A stretch of 64,000 nucleotides of DNA from Candidatus Multivoradales bacterium (GCA_965248055.1 CBDFIJ010000004.1:1056001-1120000); one strand, 5' to 3'. Positions 20,139 to 30,270 are shown, numbered from the stretch's first letter. Numbers and translations: made by a program. Notes: a model not told the origin generated them from the letters alone.

Positions 20139-20933
20139 ATGTCAAACCAGGATGTCCTGGTGGAATACGGCGTTCGCGACGGAGTCGCTTACCTGGTGCT
20201 CACTGACCCACCCGCAAACACCTACACCCACGAAATGATGCGTCAACTCGATGAGGCGATCCTCAAAGCACGGTTTGACGAGAACGTCCATGTCTTAGTG
20301 CTCACTGGACAGGGCACCAAGTTCTTCTGCGCTGGAGCCAACATTAGCATGCTTGAGGGGGCCGACCCGACCTTCAAATACTACTTTTGCCTGCACGCGA
20401 ACGAGACCTTGAACCGTCTTGAGCAGACTCCTAAATTGGTAATCGCCGCGCTCAATGGACACACCGTGGGCGGTGGTCTTGAAATTGCTATGGCGGCGGA
20501 CATGCGCATCGCCAAAAAAGACTCGGGAAGCGTCGGATTGCCAGAAGTCAACCTCGGTGTACTGCCGGGCACCGGTGGGACGCAGCGCCTAGTTCGCATC
20601 GTCGGCAAACAGCGTGCGATCGAATTGATGGTTTCCGGTCGGTTGACGTCCTACGAAGAAGCCAAAGATCTGGGCATCGTCTCCGATATTTATGACGGCG
20701 ATGATTTTGAGGATCAGATCCACCAGTATGCGACCTCGTTCTGTCCTCCCAATAGTGCTTCCAAGGCGGTCGGGCGGATCAAACGCTCGGTGCAAAGTGG
20801 AGCTGAGGTTCCGTTCGAGAGCGCTCTGGCAATCGAGCGCGAATTGCAGCAGCAACTGTTCCAAGGCGATGACGCCAAAGAAGGGTTGGCTGCCTACATC
20901 GAGAAGCGTAAGCCGGAGTTTTCCGCTTCCTAG
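20139..20933 (+). CDS. Enoyl-CoA hydratase/isomerase
   Basis: RBS GGAGG, FFCAGAN, GGGLE, PEVNLGVLPGTGGTQRL. Confidence 0.92.
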   Translation: MSNQDVLVEYGVRDGVAYLVLTDPPANTYTHEMMRQLDEAILKARFDENVHVLVLTGQGTKFFCAGANISMLEGADPTFKYYFCLHANETLNRLEQTPKLVIAALNGHTVGGGLEIAMAADMRIAKKDSGSVGLPEVNLGVLPGTGGTQRLVRIVGKQRAIELMVSGRLTSYEEAKDLGIVSDIYDGDDFEDQIHQYATSFCPPNSASKAVGRIKRSVQSGAEVPFESALAIERELQQQLFQGDDAKEGLAAYIEKRKPEFSAS

Positions 20934-20979
20934 CGAGGACGAGGGCGTGGGCAAGTGCCCCGCCCACCGTCTGCTCTTT

Positions 20980-22176
20980 ATGCCCAAGCAACCCGTTGTT
21001 CTGGCGGCTCCGGTTCGTACCCCTATCGGTAAGTTCGGCGGCGCTCTGGCTGAACTGTCCGCGGCCGACCTAGGCACGGCCGCGGCAACCGCATGCCTTT
21101 CCCGAGCTGAACTCGAGGGACGGCACATCGACCAAACAATTTTTGGCCATGCCCGCCAAGCTGGCGGTGGCCCCAATACTGCGCGCCAGATTTCCTATCG
21201 TTGCCAGGTTCCGATCGAGAGTCCGGCTTTCACCGTCAACCAAGCTTGTGGTTCAGGGCTGCAGGCAGTATTCGCTGCCGCCCGAGCGATTGCTCTGGGG
21301 GAAGCCGAAGTGGTGCTTGCCGGCGGCACCGAAAGCATGTCGAACACACCCTACATGCTGCCCAGAGCACGCTGGGGATACCGGCTGGGACACGCAGAAT
21401 TGACCGACGGAATGTATCGAGACGGGTTTGTCGATCCGCTCTCTGGGCTGGTGATGGGCGAGACCGCCGAAGAACTGGCTGCTGAGATCGGCATCAGCCG
21501 CAAACAAGCGGATGCATGGGCAGTCCTCAGCCAGCAGCGATACCAAGTAGCCCGAGAGCGAGGCCGCTTTGAGCGAGAGCTGGTTGCCGTCGAGGCGCCA
21601 CAGCGGCGAAAAACCGTCACCGTGGACCATGATGAACATCCGCGCGACCAGGTATCGATCGAGGGTTTGAGCAAACTCAAGACTGTGTTTCGCGAGGGCG
21701 GCACGGTGACCGCCGGCAACGCCTCCGGGATCACCGACGGTGCGGCAGCCTTGATCGTCGCCTCCCAGGATGCAGCACAGCGGATGGGGCTGGAGCCCGC
21801 CGCGATCTTGCACGACTGGGAAGTGGTTGGCGTCGAGCCGCGAATCATGGGGATTGGGCCGGTTCCCGCGGTCAGAAATTTGCTTGAGCGCAACCAGCGA
21901 ACCCTGAGCGACATCGACCTGATCGAACTCAACGAAGCTTTCGCCAGCCAAGTCCTGGCCTGCAACCAAGAACTTGAACTGGACCCCGAGCGGGTCAACG
22001 TCGACGGCGGCGCGATTGCCCTGGGTCACCCGATTGGTTGTACTGGGGCACGGATCTTGGTGACCCTGATTCATGCCCTGGCCGATCGGGATCGGCGGCT
22101 GGGAATCGCCACCCTCTGTGTATCCGGGGGTCTTGGCCTGGCAGCGTTAGTCGAACGCCCTGGAGAAAGCCAGTGA
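20980..22176 (+). CDS. Acetyl-CoA C-acyltransferase (thiolase)
   Basis: RTPIG, NQACGSG, NEAFA, GGAIALGHPIG, LCVSGGLG. Confidence 0.95.
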   Translation: MPKQPVVLAAPVRTPIGKFGGALAELSAADLGTAAATACLSRAELEGRHIDQTIFGHARQAGGGPNTARQISYRCQVPIESPAFTVNQACGSGLQAVFAAARAIALGEAEVVLAGGTESMSNTPYMLPRARWGYRLGHAELTDGMYRDGFVDPLSGLVMGETAEELAAEIGISRKQADAWAVLSQQRYQVARERGRFERELVAVEAPQRRKTVTVDHDEHPRDQVSIEGLSKLKTVFREGGTVTAGNASGITDGAAALIVASQDAAQRMGLEPAAILHDWEVVGVEPRIMGIGPVPAVRNLLERNQRTLSDIDLIELNEAFASQVLACNQELELDPERVNVDGGAIALGHPIGCTGARILVTLIHALADRDRRLGIATLCVSGGLGLAALVERPGESQ

Positions 22177-22940
22177 AGAGTTCCGGCTTTACGCTAGATC
22201 GGGGTGAGCGCGTCGCCGCCATCCGGCTAGATATTCCTCCGCTCAACGTCTTGGACCTAACCACCATGGCGTCGCTGATTGAGGCGGTGGACGACTTGGC
22301 GCTCGATGAATCGATCGCCTGCCTGGTGTTGCGCGGTTCCCACAAAGCCTTCTCCGCAGGTGTGTCGGTCGCCGATCATACCCGCGACAAGATCGAGGGC
22401 ATGCTGGACCGCTTCCACGGGTTGCTGCGTCGACTGGAGGAATTCCCTGCGCCGACCTTGTCCGCGATCGAAGGTCATTGCCTGGGTGGTGGAATGGAAT
22501 TGGCCATGGCTTGCGATCTGCGGGTTGCCAGCAAGCGGGCCCGTTTCAGCCAACCAGAGATTCGACTTGCTTGTTTCCCACCCTACGCGGCGGTGCGCTA
22601 TCCAGGCCAACTGGGAGCGGCCAACACTGCGGACTTGGTGCTTACCGGTAGAAATCTCAGTGCCGAGGAAGCGCTTAGCATGGGAGTCGTCAGCAGGCTG
22701 TTTCCCACCGAAGACTTTGATCAATATTTGGATCAAATGTTGGAGGAAATCCTAGCAGCCAGCACCCCGGTTTTGCGACTGTCCAAACAGGCGATGGCCA
22801 ACGCCAAGGATCGCGGTGAAGACGCCGCGCTAGCCGACGCCGAACGCATCTATTGCCAACAACTAACGCAGCTACAAGACCTCGATGAAGGGCTGGCCGC
22901 GTTTGTCGAAAAACGATCGCCTACATGGCGACACCGATAA
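22173..22940 (+). CDS. Enoyl-CoA hydratase (cyclohexadienecarbonyl-CoA hydratase-like)
   Basis: GTGA overlap with thiolase; PPLNVL, FSAGVSVADH, CLGGGMELA, QPEIRLACFPP. Confidence 0.85.
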   Translation: MKSSGFTLDRGERVAAIRLDIPPLNVLDLTTMASLIEAVDDLALDESIACLVLRGSHKAFSAGVSVADHTRDKIEGMLDRFHGLLRRLEEFPAPTLSAIEGHCLGGGMELAMACDLRVASKRARFSQPEIRLACFPPYAAVRYPGQLGAANTADLVLTGRNLSAEEALSMGVVSRLFPTEDFDQYLDQMLEEILAASTPVLRLSKQAMANAKDRGEDAALADAERIYCQQLTQLQDLDEGLAAFVEKRSPTWRHR

Positions 22941-22942
22941 TC

Positions 22943-23040
22943 AGGGGACACAATATCCATACGATGTTAGGTGCAGCACGGACCCTATTAGCTCGGGATT
23001 CGCAGTTCATCTGGGCACGACAATTCACTTTGTGTCCCCT
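22943..23040. repeat. GGGGACACAA..TTGTGTCCCC palindromic element
   Basis: AGGGGACACAA at 22943 and TTGTGTCCCCT at 23030-23040. Confidence 0.7.
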
Positions 23041-23068
23041 TCACAATCTACAAACCAAAGGAGAACCG

Positions 23069-23845
23069 ATGTCTGAAACCGTACTCATTGAACGCCAAGA
23101 TCGCGTCGCAATTCTAACTTTCAACCGCCCCGACAAGCTCAACGCGCTATCCGAACAGGTCCGTAGTGAGACCATGGCCTACCTGGAAGAGATTGAGAAG
23201 GACGACTCGATCGGTGCGGTGATACTGACCGGCGCCGGAGAAAAGGCATTTGTCGCCGGCGCAGACATCGGCGAATTTGAAGGCCGTTCTCCTTTCGACC
23301 AGCGCAAAGCGATGGCCAGTCCGCGCATTTTTGACGTCATGGCCACGTTTCCGAAACCGGTAATCGCCATGATCAATGGTTTTTGCTTGGGCGGTGGCTG
23401 TGAGCTCTCGTTGTCGTGCGACATCCGCACTGCATCGTCCAATGCCCGTTTTGGTCAACCAGAGATCAACCTAGGCCTGATCCCAGGCGGCGGTGGCACC
23501 CAGCGTCTGACGCGTTTGGTCGGCCTCGGTCAGTCGATGCGGCTGATCCTCTCCGGTGGCATGATCTCCGCAGAAGAAGCCCTGCGTATCGGCCTGATCG
23601 ACATGATGTTCGAGCCTGAAGAGTTGCGCGAACAGACTCTCAAGTTGGCCTCCCAGATCGCCTCCAAGAGTCCCCTCACGTTGCAGGTAGCCAAGCAGGC
23701 GGTACGCGCCAGCCAAACCATGTCGATCGATGCCGGAGTTGCTTACGAACGCGACCTATTCTGCCTCTGCTTCTCCTCAGAAGACAAAGCCGAAGGCGTC
23801 GATGCGTTTCTCAACAAACGCCCCGCGGAGTGGAAGGGTCGGTAA
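23069..23845 (+). CDS. Enoyl-CoA hydratase (crotonase)
   Basis: RBS AAGGAG, NRPDKLNAL, AFVAGADI, GGGCEL, PEINLGLIPGGGGTQRL. Confidence 0.93.
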   Translation: MSETVLIERQDRVAILTFNRPDKLNALSEQVRSETMAYLEEIEKDDSIGAVILTGAGEKAFVAGADIGEFEGRSPFDQRKAMASPRIFDVMATFPKPVIAMINGFCLGGGCELSLSCDIRTASSNARFGQPEINLGLIPGGGGTQRLTRLVGLGQSMRLILSGGMISAEEALRIGLIDMMFEPEELREQTLKLASQIASKSPLTLQVAKQAVRASQTMSIDAGVAYERDLFCLCFSSEDKAEGVDAFLNKRPAEWKGR

Positions 23846-23933
23846 CGTTTTCTAGCCTAGCCTGCCAAGCCGGTGGAGAGGGAGCTGGCTCAACTTCGGC
23901 TGCCTCCCTCAATCACGGCAAACCGGGACATTT

Positions 23934-24239
23934 GAGATCCTTCGACTCCCCTCGCGGGTCGGCTCAGGATGACAATCAAAGGAAAGCTGAGCGGAGAGTA
24001 AATCCCTGCCCTACGAAAGGGCACGTCGGACACGACTGGCACTAGTTCTCATAACTCTCTCGCTTCTCGTCTATTAAACAACCCAATCTGGGAAAGCGCC
24101 TTGCGTGCTCCCGTCCCCTGCCCGTCATCGCGGCAGGGGGACGGGCAGGGCGGCCGGGATCCAGTAGCACGCATAAACCGCGCAGCAGTATCGAGATGTC
24201 GAGATTCTTCGACTCCCCTCGCTGTCGCTCAGGGAGACA
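23934..24239. repeat. Cluster of REP-like elements (GAGATCCTTCGACT..GCTCAGGATGACA family)
   Basis: Copies at 23934-23974 and 24201-24239; reverse-complement copy at 42244-42288. Confidence 0.65.
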
Positions 24240-24400
24240 TTTGCAAGAACAGTGGACGCTCACGATTCGCCACCGTCGTCATCCAAGCCACACCAGAAAA
24301 CTAATCACCCTGCCAACTCGTAACAAACCCAGCCGCGAAGGAAGCCGCCGAAGCTGGGCTCCCTCGTTTCCGAAACGACATCAACCAGAAGGAATTGTGG

Positions 24401-25444
24401 ATGAAAAATAGAATCACTTTGGTCGCAGTGGCCCTGCTTGCTTGGGCGGCAGTCGCCTCGGCGCAAAACATTACCGGGCTACCCCGAGTCAGCCCGCACG
24501 CAGAAGTCACGCAAAAGGTCGGTATTTCGACCGTCACTGTTGACTATCACCGGCCTTCGGTCAACGACCGCGAGGTATTCGGAACCTTGGTGCCCTTTGG
24601 TGCGGTGTGGCGCGCCGGGGCCAACGACAACACCACGATCACGTTCTCAGACGATCTCTCGGTCGAGGGTGAGTCGCTCGCTGCGGGCACCTACGGTCTA
24701 CACATGCTCCCCGGCGAAGAGGCATGGGAGATCATCTTCAGCAACAACAGCACATCCTGGGGAAGCTTCTCCTATGACGAGACGGAAGATGCCCTTCGGG
24801 TTTCTGTAAATGCCGAAACTTCTGCGGTATTCAATGAACAGCTGAGTTACGGATTCGAAGCCGTGAGCGCCACCGAGGGCACTCTCGCCTTACATTGGGC
24901 GGACCTCAAAGTTCCGGTCAAGCTCTCTGTCGACACGCCAGCGCTGGCGATCAACAAAATCAAGAACGACCTACGCCACCTGCCGGGTTTCAATTGGCAG
25001 GGCTGGAATAGCGCTGCCAACTACTGTCTGCAAAACGGCGTTGATCTTGAGCAGGGGCTTGCCTGGTCGGAGCAGTCGATCAATCGGAATCCCAACGCGG
25101 TCAACCTATTTGTCAAAGCTGGCATTCTCACCGCGTTGGAACGCGTCGACGAGGGTAAGAGCACCGAACAAGAAGCGTTTGAGCTGGCCTCGGAAGCCCA
25201 GGTCAATGCCTTCGGCTACAACTACCTGTTTCAGCGCAACGACGTGGACCGAGCCCTGGAAATTTTCCAGTTCAACGTCGACAAGAACCCAGAGTCTTGG
25301 AACGCACACGACAGTTTGGCCGAAGCCTTGGCCACCAAAGGGGACACAGAGGCTGCGATCGCCAACTACCGCAAAGCGCTGGAGATGGCTCCGGAAGCGC
25401 AACACGCGCGCATCGAAGGAGTCTTGATCGGGCTTGAAGGCTAG
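24401..25444 (+). CDS. Secreted DUF2911 protein with C-terminal TPR
   Basis: PRVSP, VDYHRPSV..R..FG.LVPFGAVWRAGAN, WGSFSY; TPR (NAHDSLAEAL..AIANYRKALE). Confidence 0.88.
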   Translation: MKNRITLVAVALLAWAAVASAQNITGLPRVSPHAEVTQKVGISTVTVDYHRPSVNDREVFGTLVPFGAVWRAGANDNTTITFSDDLSVEGESLAAGTYGLHMLPGEEAWEIIFSNNSTSWGSFSYDETEDALRVSVNAETSAVFNEQLSYGFEAVSATEGTLALHWADLKVPVKLSVDTPALAINKIKNDLRHLPGFNWQGWNSAANYCLQNGVDLEQGLAWSEQSINRNPNAVNLFVKAGILTALERVDEGKSTEQEAFELASEAQVNAFGYNYLFQRNDVDRALEIFQFNVDKNPESWNAHDSLAEALATKGDTEAAIANYRKALEMAPEAQHARIEGVLIGLEG

Positions 25445-25495
25445 TTGAGGGGACGCAATCTAGTTGAGGGGACACAATCTTTACATTGTGTCCCC
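25441..25495. repeat. 19-bp tandem duplication plus GGGGACACAAT palindrome
   Basis: CTAGTTGAGGGGAC(G/A)CAAT twice, then ATTGTGTCCCC. Confidence 0.75.
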
Positions 25496-25628
25496 GCAGG
25501 AGGCGGAGCCGGACGACCGGTTCCGCCTCTTTCTTGCTGGGAATCTCTTCAACGCCAGCCTGCGTAACAGCAGCACAACACGGGGCAAGCGCCCACAACG
25601 TTTCCAGAAAACTACAAGGAGCCATCTG

Positions 25629-26210
25629 ATGTATAAAGGAATCACGCTCGCCGCACTGGCGATCTTCGCTTCGGCAAGTCTCTCCCACGCCCAGTCCGAT
25701 GCCCAATCCGATGCCATACCGCCCCGGGTCAGCCCGCGGGCGCAGGTCAGCCAAACGATCGGCATCTCCACGGTTACCATCGACTACCACCGGCCCTCGG
25801 TCAAGGGCCGCAGTATCTGGGGATCTCTGGTGCCTTACGGTGCTGTCTGGCGTGCCGGGGCAAACGAAAACACGACCATCACGCTGTCCGACGACGCAAC
25901 CATCGACGGACAAGCCCTTGCGGCAGGCACCTACGGTCTGCACATGATCCCAAGCAACTCGTCCTGGATCATCATTTTCAGCAACGACAGCGCCTCTTGG
26001 GGCAGTTTCTCCTACGATCAGTCCAAGGACGCACTGCGCATCGAAGTCACGCCGGTCGAGGCTCCTGCCAAGGAACAACTGGCTTACGAGTTTGATGCGG
26101 TCAACACCGAGGAGGCCACGCTATCTCTGCGCTGGGAGAAGCTCCGGGTTCCGGTCAAGATCCATTTCGATACTACGGCCTTGGCAGCCGCGGCTGGGAT
26201 CGAAGGCTAG
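25629..26210 (+). CDS. Secreted DUF2911 protein, short paralog without TPR
   Basis: RBS AAGGAG; high similarity to the N-terminal half of 24401-25444. Confidence 0.88.
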   Translation: MYKGITLAALAIFASASLSHAQSDAQSDAIPPRVSPRAQVSQTIGISTVTIDYHRPSVKGRSIWGSLVPYGAVWRAGANENTTITLSDDATIDGQALAAGTYGLHMIPSNSSWIIIFSNDSASWGSFSYDQSKDALRIEVTPVEAPAKEQLAYEFDAVNTEEATLSLRWEKLRVPVKIHFDTTALAAAAGIEG

Positions 26211-26230
26211 TTAGGGGAACACGTTTCTCT

Positions 26231-26258
26231 GGGGACACAATGTAGGGATTGTGTCCCC
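26231..26258. repeat. GGGGACACAAT palindrome
   Basis: GGGGACACAAT-GTAGGG-ATTGTGTCCCC perfect 11-bp stem. Confidence 0.8.
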
Positions 26259-27830
26259 CTACTTCGCAGGCAGCGCAGGTCGCCAGCGGGTCACCAGTTC
26301 CGCTCCCCCGCCTTGACGATTGTTCGCTGCGACGCTACCCCCCAGACCCTCAACCACCGTGCGTACGATCGACAGCCCAAGACCGGTGTGGCGCTCCTGA
26401 TCTGGTTCGGCAGTCGGTCGATAGGAAAAGAACCGATCGAAAATCCTCGCTCGGTGTTCCTCGTCGATCCCCGGGCCCTCATCCCATACCGTCATCACCG
26501 GCGCCTGATCAACGGTCTCTAGGCGGACACCCACCAAGCCATCGTCTGGGGTCAGGCTCACCGCGTTGTCGATTAAGTTCTCCAACACCTGGGTTACTCG
26601 CTCGGGCGGCGCTTCAATCCAGCGCGGAGCCTTGTCGGTGCCATCGGTCACGATCTCTCGACCGTGGCGAATCTTGGCGCCCTCCACGGTCTTGGCAACC
26701 ACTTGGTTGAGATCGAGGACTTGCATCACTTCTTCGTCCATCCGCGCGTCGATCAGCGAAATCTCGCGCACCGCCGAAATCATGCTTCCCATCCGCGCCA
26801 CCTCGCGCTGAATCAGATCCAACAGCCGTTGACGATCTTGATCATCTTCGACTTCGCCCAGAAGCTCACTGGCGTTGCGCACCGACGCTAGGGGATTCTT
26901 GAGTTCGTGGGCAACATCGGTGGCAAACGACTCGACAAAATCGACATGGTGCCGCAGCCGGACAGTCAGGGTTTCCAACGCTCGGCTCAGGTCGCCGATC
27001 TCGTCGCCTCTCTGCAAACCGACAAACTGCCCTTTGAATCTGCCTCGATGGTCAACCAGATCACGCGCCTGTTGGCGCAGCCGTTCCAAGGGACGAACCA
27101 GAGACGACGCCAAAGCGGCACTGACCGCAGCCGCAACTGCAAGCGACAATAGAAACACGCCAAACACCTCCAACCGCACTTGATACAGAGCCGACAAAAT
27201 TCGCACTGTAGACTGCGAAGCGACCACTGCGCCAACGACTTCTCTCTGGCCATAGATCGGCAGCGCCGAGTACAGAGTCAACGACCGTTGACCACCAGCG
27301 GACGCCCGGGTTGCCGCTCCGTATCGACCTGCGAGTGCCTCGGAGACCTCCGGGGTACGCCAAGTCCCCGGTTCCGATCCCAACGCTGGTTCCGGGATCG
27401 TCTTGGGGCCAAATAGCGCCCTTTTGATCTCCACCGCCACCGTTCCTAGGCGATACAGTGGGCGGTCCCGAACGTCGGCATCGACCGAGTCCCCGTCGAG
27501 ACCAGTCGTCTGCGGCGGGACCAAAGATGCGGTGTCCGCCACCACCTTGCCTTTTCCATCGACAACTCTGAGACGCGCCTCGACGCGCCCCCCGAGTCGC
27601 ATCAAGAGAGCCTCGGCAACCTCCGCGTCCAAGATTTCTACTCCACCCAACGCGGCGGACGCCAACCGCGCTTGCTGCACCATCGATCGCTCCTGCAATT
27701 CCAAGAGGTACCTCTCGTAAGCCTCCAGCGATAGCGCACCGGCCAACGGGACGAACAACAACAGCGCGTTGAGCGCCAGTATCTTGCCCAGCAAGCGCCA
27801 GCCGCTACGCCCAGGAATCGACCTAATCAT
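26259..27830 (-). CDS. Sensor histidine kinase (ChvG/CreC-like)
   Basis: Two TM segments, HAMP (DEIGDL), DVAHELKNPL, NLIDNA, DEGPGI, GLGLSI. Confidence 0.93.
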   Translation of the reverse strand: MIRSIPGRSGWRLLGKILALNALLLFVPLAGALSLEAYERYLLELQERSMVQQARLASAALGGVEILDAEVAEALLMRLGGRVEARLRVVDGKGKVVADTASLVPPQTTGLDGDSVDADVRDRPLYRLGTVAVEIKRALFGPKTIPEPALGSEPGTWRTPEVSEALAGRYGAATRASAGGQRSLTLYSALPIYGQREVVGAVVASQSTVRILSALYQVRLEVFGVFLLSLAVAAAVSAALASSLVRPLERLRQQARDLVDHRGRFKGQFVGLQRGDEIGDLSRALETLTVRLRHHVDFVESFATDVAHELKNPLASVRNASELLGEVEDDQDRQRLLDLIQREVARMGSMISAVREISLIDARMDEEVMQVLDLNQVVAKTVEGAKIRHGREIVTDGTDKAPRWIEAPPERVTQVLENLIDNAVSLTPDDGLVGVRLETVDQAPVMTVWDEGPGIDEEHRARIFDRFFSYRPTAEPDQERHTGLGLSIVRTVVEGLGGSVAANNRQGGGAELVTRWRPALPAK

Positions 27831-27974
27831 CTTGCTTCGAGTGAGCCAGCGTCATATCAGCAGTGGGCCTTTCAACACGTCGAACCTAGCTATGGGCGCG
27901 CCAAATTCGGCCCACCGGTAAGCCAGAAATGCACTAGAAATCTGGGATCGAACGGTGCTATCGACGAACCCACC

Positions 27975-28682
27975 CTAGGCTTCACGATATCGATATCCGA
28001 GTCCGTGAACCGTCTCGATCGCGTCAAAAGCCTGATCCACCGCAGCAAACTTGTGCCGAATCCGTTTTATGTGGCTGTCAATCGTCCGCTCGCTGACGTA
28101 GACATCGTACGGATAGCCCTCTCGCATCAGTTGTTCGCGACTCTTCACGTGGCCCGGTCGACGCGCCATCGCCAGAAGCATCAGGAACTCCGTCACGGTC
28201 AACGAAACCGACTGCTGGCACCAATGCACGGTGTAGCGATCCAAATCCAACGCCAGGTCATCGACCTCGACCATACGTTCTGGCTCGGCCGGTGTGTCCG
28301 CCAAGCTTAGGCGCCGAAACAGCACCCTCACCCGAGCTTCCAACTCGCGCATCGAGAACGGCTTAACCAAGTAATCGTCGGCTCCCAGCTCAAGGCCCAG
28401 AACCTTATCCAGCTCATCATCCTTCGAGGTCAGAAACAGAATTGGCAACCGATCCGACTTTTGGCGCAAACGGCGGCACAACTCCAAGCCATCCATACGC
28501 GGCATCAAGATGTCCAGAATCGCGACGTCCGGCAACTTGTGCTCAAACACCTCCCAGGCGTCTTGCCCATCGGTGTATGCGTTGACCGTGTAGCCGCTGC
28601 GTTTCAACGCCAAGCCAACCGTCTCTCGAATACTCGGTTCGTCGTCCACCAACGCGACCGTGCCGTGACTGAGTGTGCTCAT
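27975..28682 (-). CDS. OmpR-family response regulator (ChvI-like)
   Basis: RBS GGAGG; VDDE, LDILMP, GADDYLVKPF, ERTIDSHIKRIR, GLGY. Confidence 0.95.
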   Translation of the reverse strand: MSTLSHGTVALVDDEPSIRETVGLALKRSGYTVNAYTDGQDAWEVFEHKLPDVAILDILMPRMDGLELCRRLRQKSDRLPILFLTSKDDELDKVLGLELGADDYLVKPFSMRELEARVRVLFRRLSLADTPAEPERMVEVDDLALDLDRYTVHWCQQSVSLTVTEFLMLLAMARRPGHVKSREQLMREGYPYDVYVSERTIDSHIKRIRHKFAAVDQAFDAIETVHGLGYRYREA

Positions 28683-28831
28683 GATCCTCCTTGCCTGCAT
28701 ATTTGAGACCGGACCACCGCGGTGGTCAAGGCTGCCGTCAAATTGCCACAACACGCTGCCAGTTTTTCTCCACCCAGTCACGTCGTTGACGCCCGCTGCT
28801 GTTGGAATGATTCCAACGAGCCGAATCCACC

Positions 28832-29548
28832 GTGTCTGCTCGACCCTTTCTCAATCGCCCCAACCCGATTTGGCCGAATCCCGTGTGGCCCTTCGGCCGG
28901 AATATTTTTGATCCTGCGGCGGTGGACACTCGTCCCTGGCGACGGGCGATCTACCTGTTGATCGTAACGGCCATATTGGCGGCTCCCTACGGGGCGGCAA
29001 TGGGTTCGTGGCACAGTGGCCGCTTGGCCTTCTATTCTGCGATCAAGCTGCCAATGCTCTTAATCGCTACTTGGATGCTGGTCTTTCCCTTCGGATGGAC
29101 CCTGAGCCGCATTGCAGGCTGGGTCGGTGGGACAGGGCCTCTTGCAGCCGCCTCGGCAGAAACGATTTTCGGAACTGGCCTCGCTCTCGCGGCTTTAACT
29201 CCCGTCAATCTTCTGTTTACTCATACTGGCCCACAGCGGGGGAACGTCGATCTGATTGAATACCACGCCCTCTATCTCACCCACCTATCCCTGGTTGCCA
29301 TTTGCGGATTGATCGCCTCTGCGAGGCTTGGACGTCTTTTGATCGCCAGTACAGACAGTGGACGGTTGGTCTACTGCGGCTGGGTTCTAGTGTTTGCCTT
29401 CGTCGCTGGGCAAACGTCTTGGGTTCTAAGACCCTTTATCGGCAACCCACTAGGTCACGCGACCTTGTTTCGCAGGGATGCGTTCGATGGCAACGCCTAC
29501 GAGATGATCTATTCGAGCGTACTTCCACGCCTGTTCTCGACCCATTAA
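28832..29548 (+). CDS. Multi-pass membrane protein (SWVLRPFIG motif)
   Basis: About 5 hydrophobic segments; AIKLP and LRPF motifs shared with the next gene. Confidence 0.7.
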   Translation: MSARPFLNRPNPIWPNPVWPFGRNIFDPAAVDTRPWRRAIYLLIVTAILAAPYGAAMGSWHSGRLAFYSAIKLPMLLIATWMLVFPFGWTLSRIAGWVGGTGPLAAASAETIFGTGLALAALTPVNLLFTHTGPQRGNVDLIEYHALYLTHLSLVAICGLIASARLGRLLIASTDSGRLVYCGWVLVFAFVAGQTSWVLRPFIGNPLGHATLFRRDAFDGNAYEMIYSSVLPRLFSTH

Positions 29549-29572
29549 TCAGCCACTTGTCTAGGAGATGAA

Positions 29573-30187
29573 ATGTCTAACACCGTCCATGAAAACAGCC
29601 TCTTTCAGCGCCCGCTAAGTGAAATCCTTCCCCTCAAGACCCTGTTCGGCTGGTGTTGCGGCTTTCTAGGATTCGGGTTCGCCTTGGGCACCTACGCCGG
29701 GATCGGCCATGCTTGGCTTGCAGCGATAGAACTGCCGCTGGTCGGCCTACTGTCGGTGGTCATCACGATTCCCACTTTGACGGTATTCACGGCACTTATC
29801 AGCGGAACCTACTCGCTACGCAGCACGGTATACCTGGCCCTTGTGACAACGGCGACAGTCGGCGCATTGCTTCTTGCCCTCGCGCCTGTCATGTGGCTGT
29901 TCGCGTCCTCCAGTTGGTTTCTCTCCTGGCCAGCCATGGTTGCAACGGCCCTCGGCTTAGCATCGCTGTTTGTCACGGGTTGGCGAATCTCTTCTCAACT
30001 CAGCGGAGGCAAATCCGCCTATCTTCTGTGGATCCTCTTGTTGGTTCCCGTGACACTGCAGATGGCGACCGCACTCCGCCCGATCGTGACCCCACAAGCC
30101 CCCTACGGTGAGGAACGGATCTTTTTCTTGGAACATTTTGGGCAACTCGCCCATTTTCGACTGCCAGCTTCTGCTTCAAGAAACTAG
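29573..30187 (+). CDS. Multi-pass membrane protein, distant paralog of the upstream gene
   Basis: RBS AGGAG; AIELP and QMATALRPIV motifs. Confidence 0.75.
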   Translation: MSNTVHENSLFQRPLSEILPLKTLFGWCCGFLGFGFALGTYAGIGHAWLAAIELPLVGLLSVVITIPTLTVFTALISGTYSLRSTVYLALVTTATVGALLLALAPVMWLFASSSWFLSWPAMVATALGLASLFVTGWRISSQLSGGKSAYLLWILLLVPVTLQMATALRPIVTPQAPYGEERIFFLEHFGQLAHFRLPASASRN

Positions 30188-30270
30188 GAATTGGGATCTC
30201 CAGAGGAGATCCGTGGAGCACAACAGAACCTGCCTCCCGAGAAGGGCTCAGGCAGATCCTCGCCCGATCG

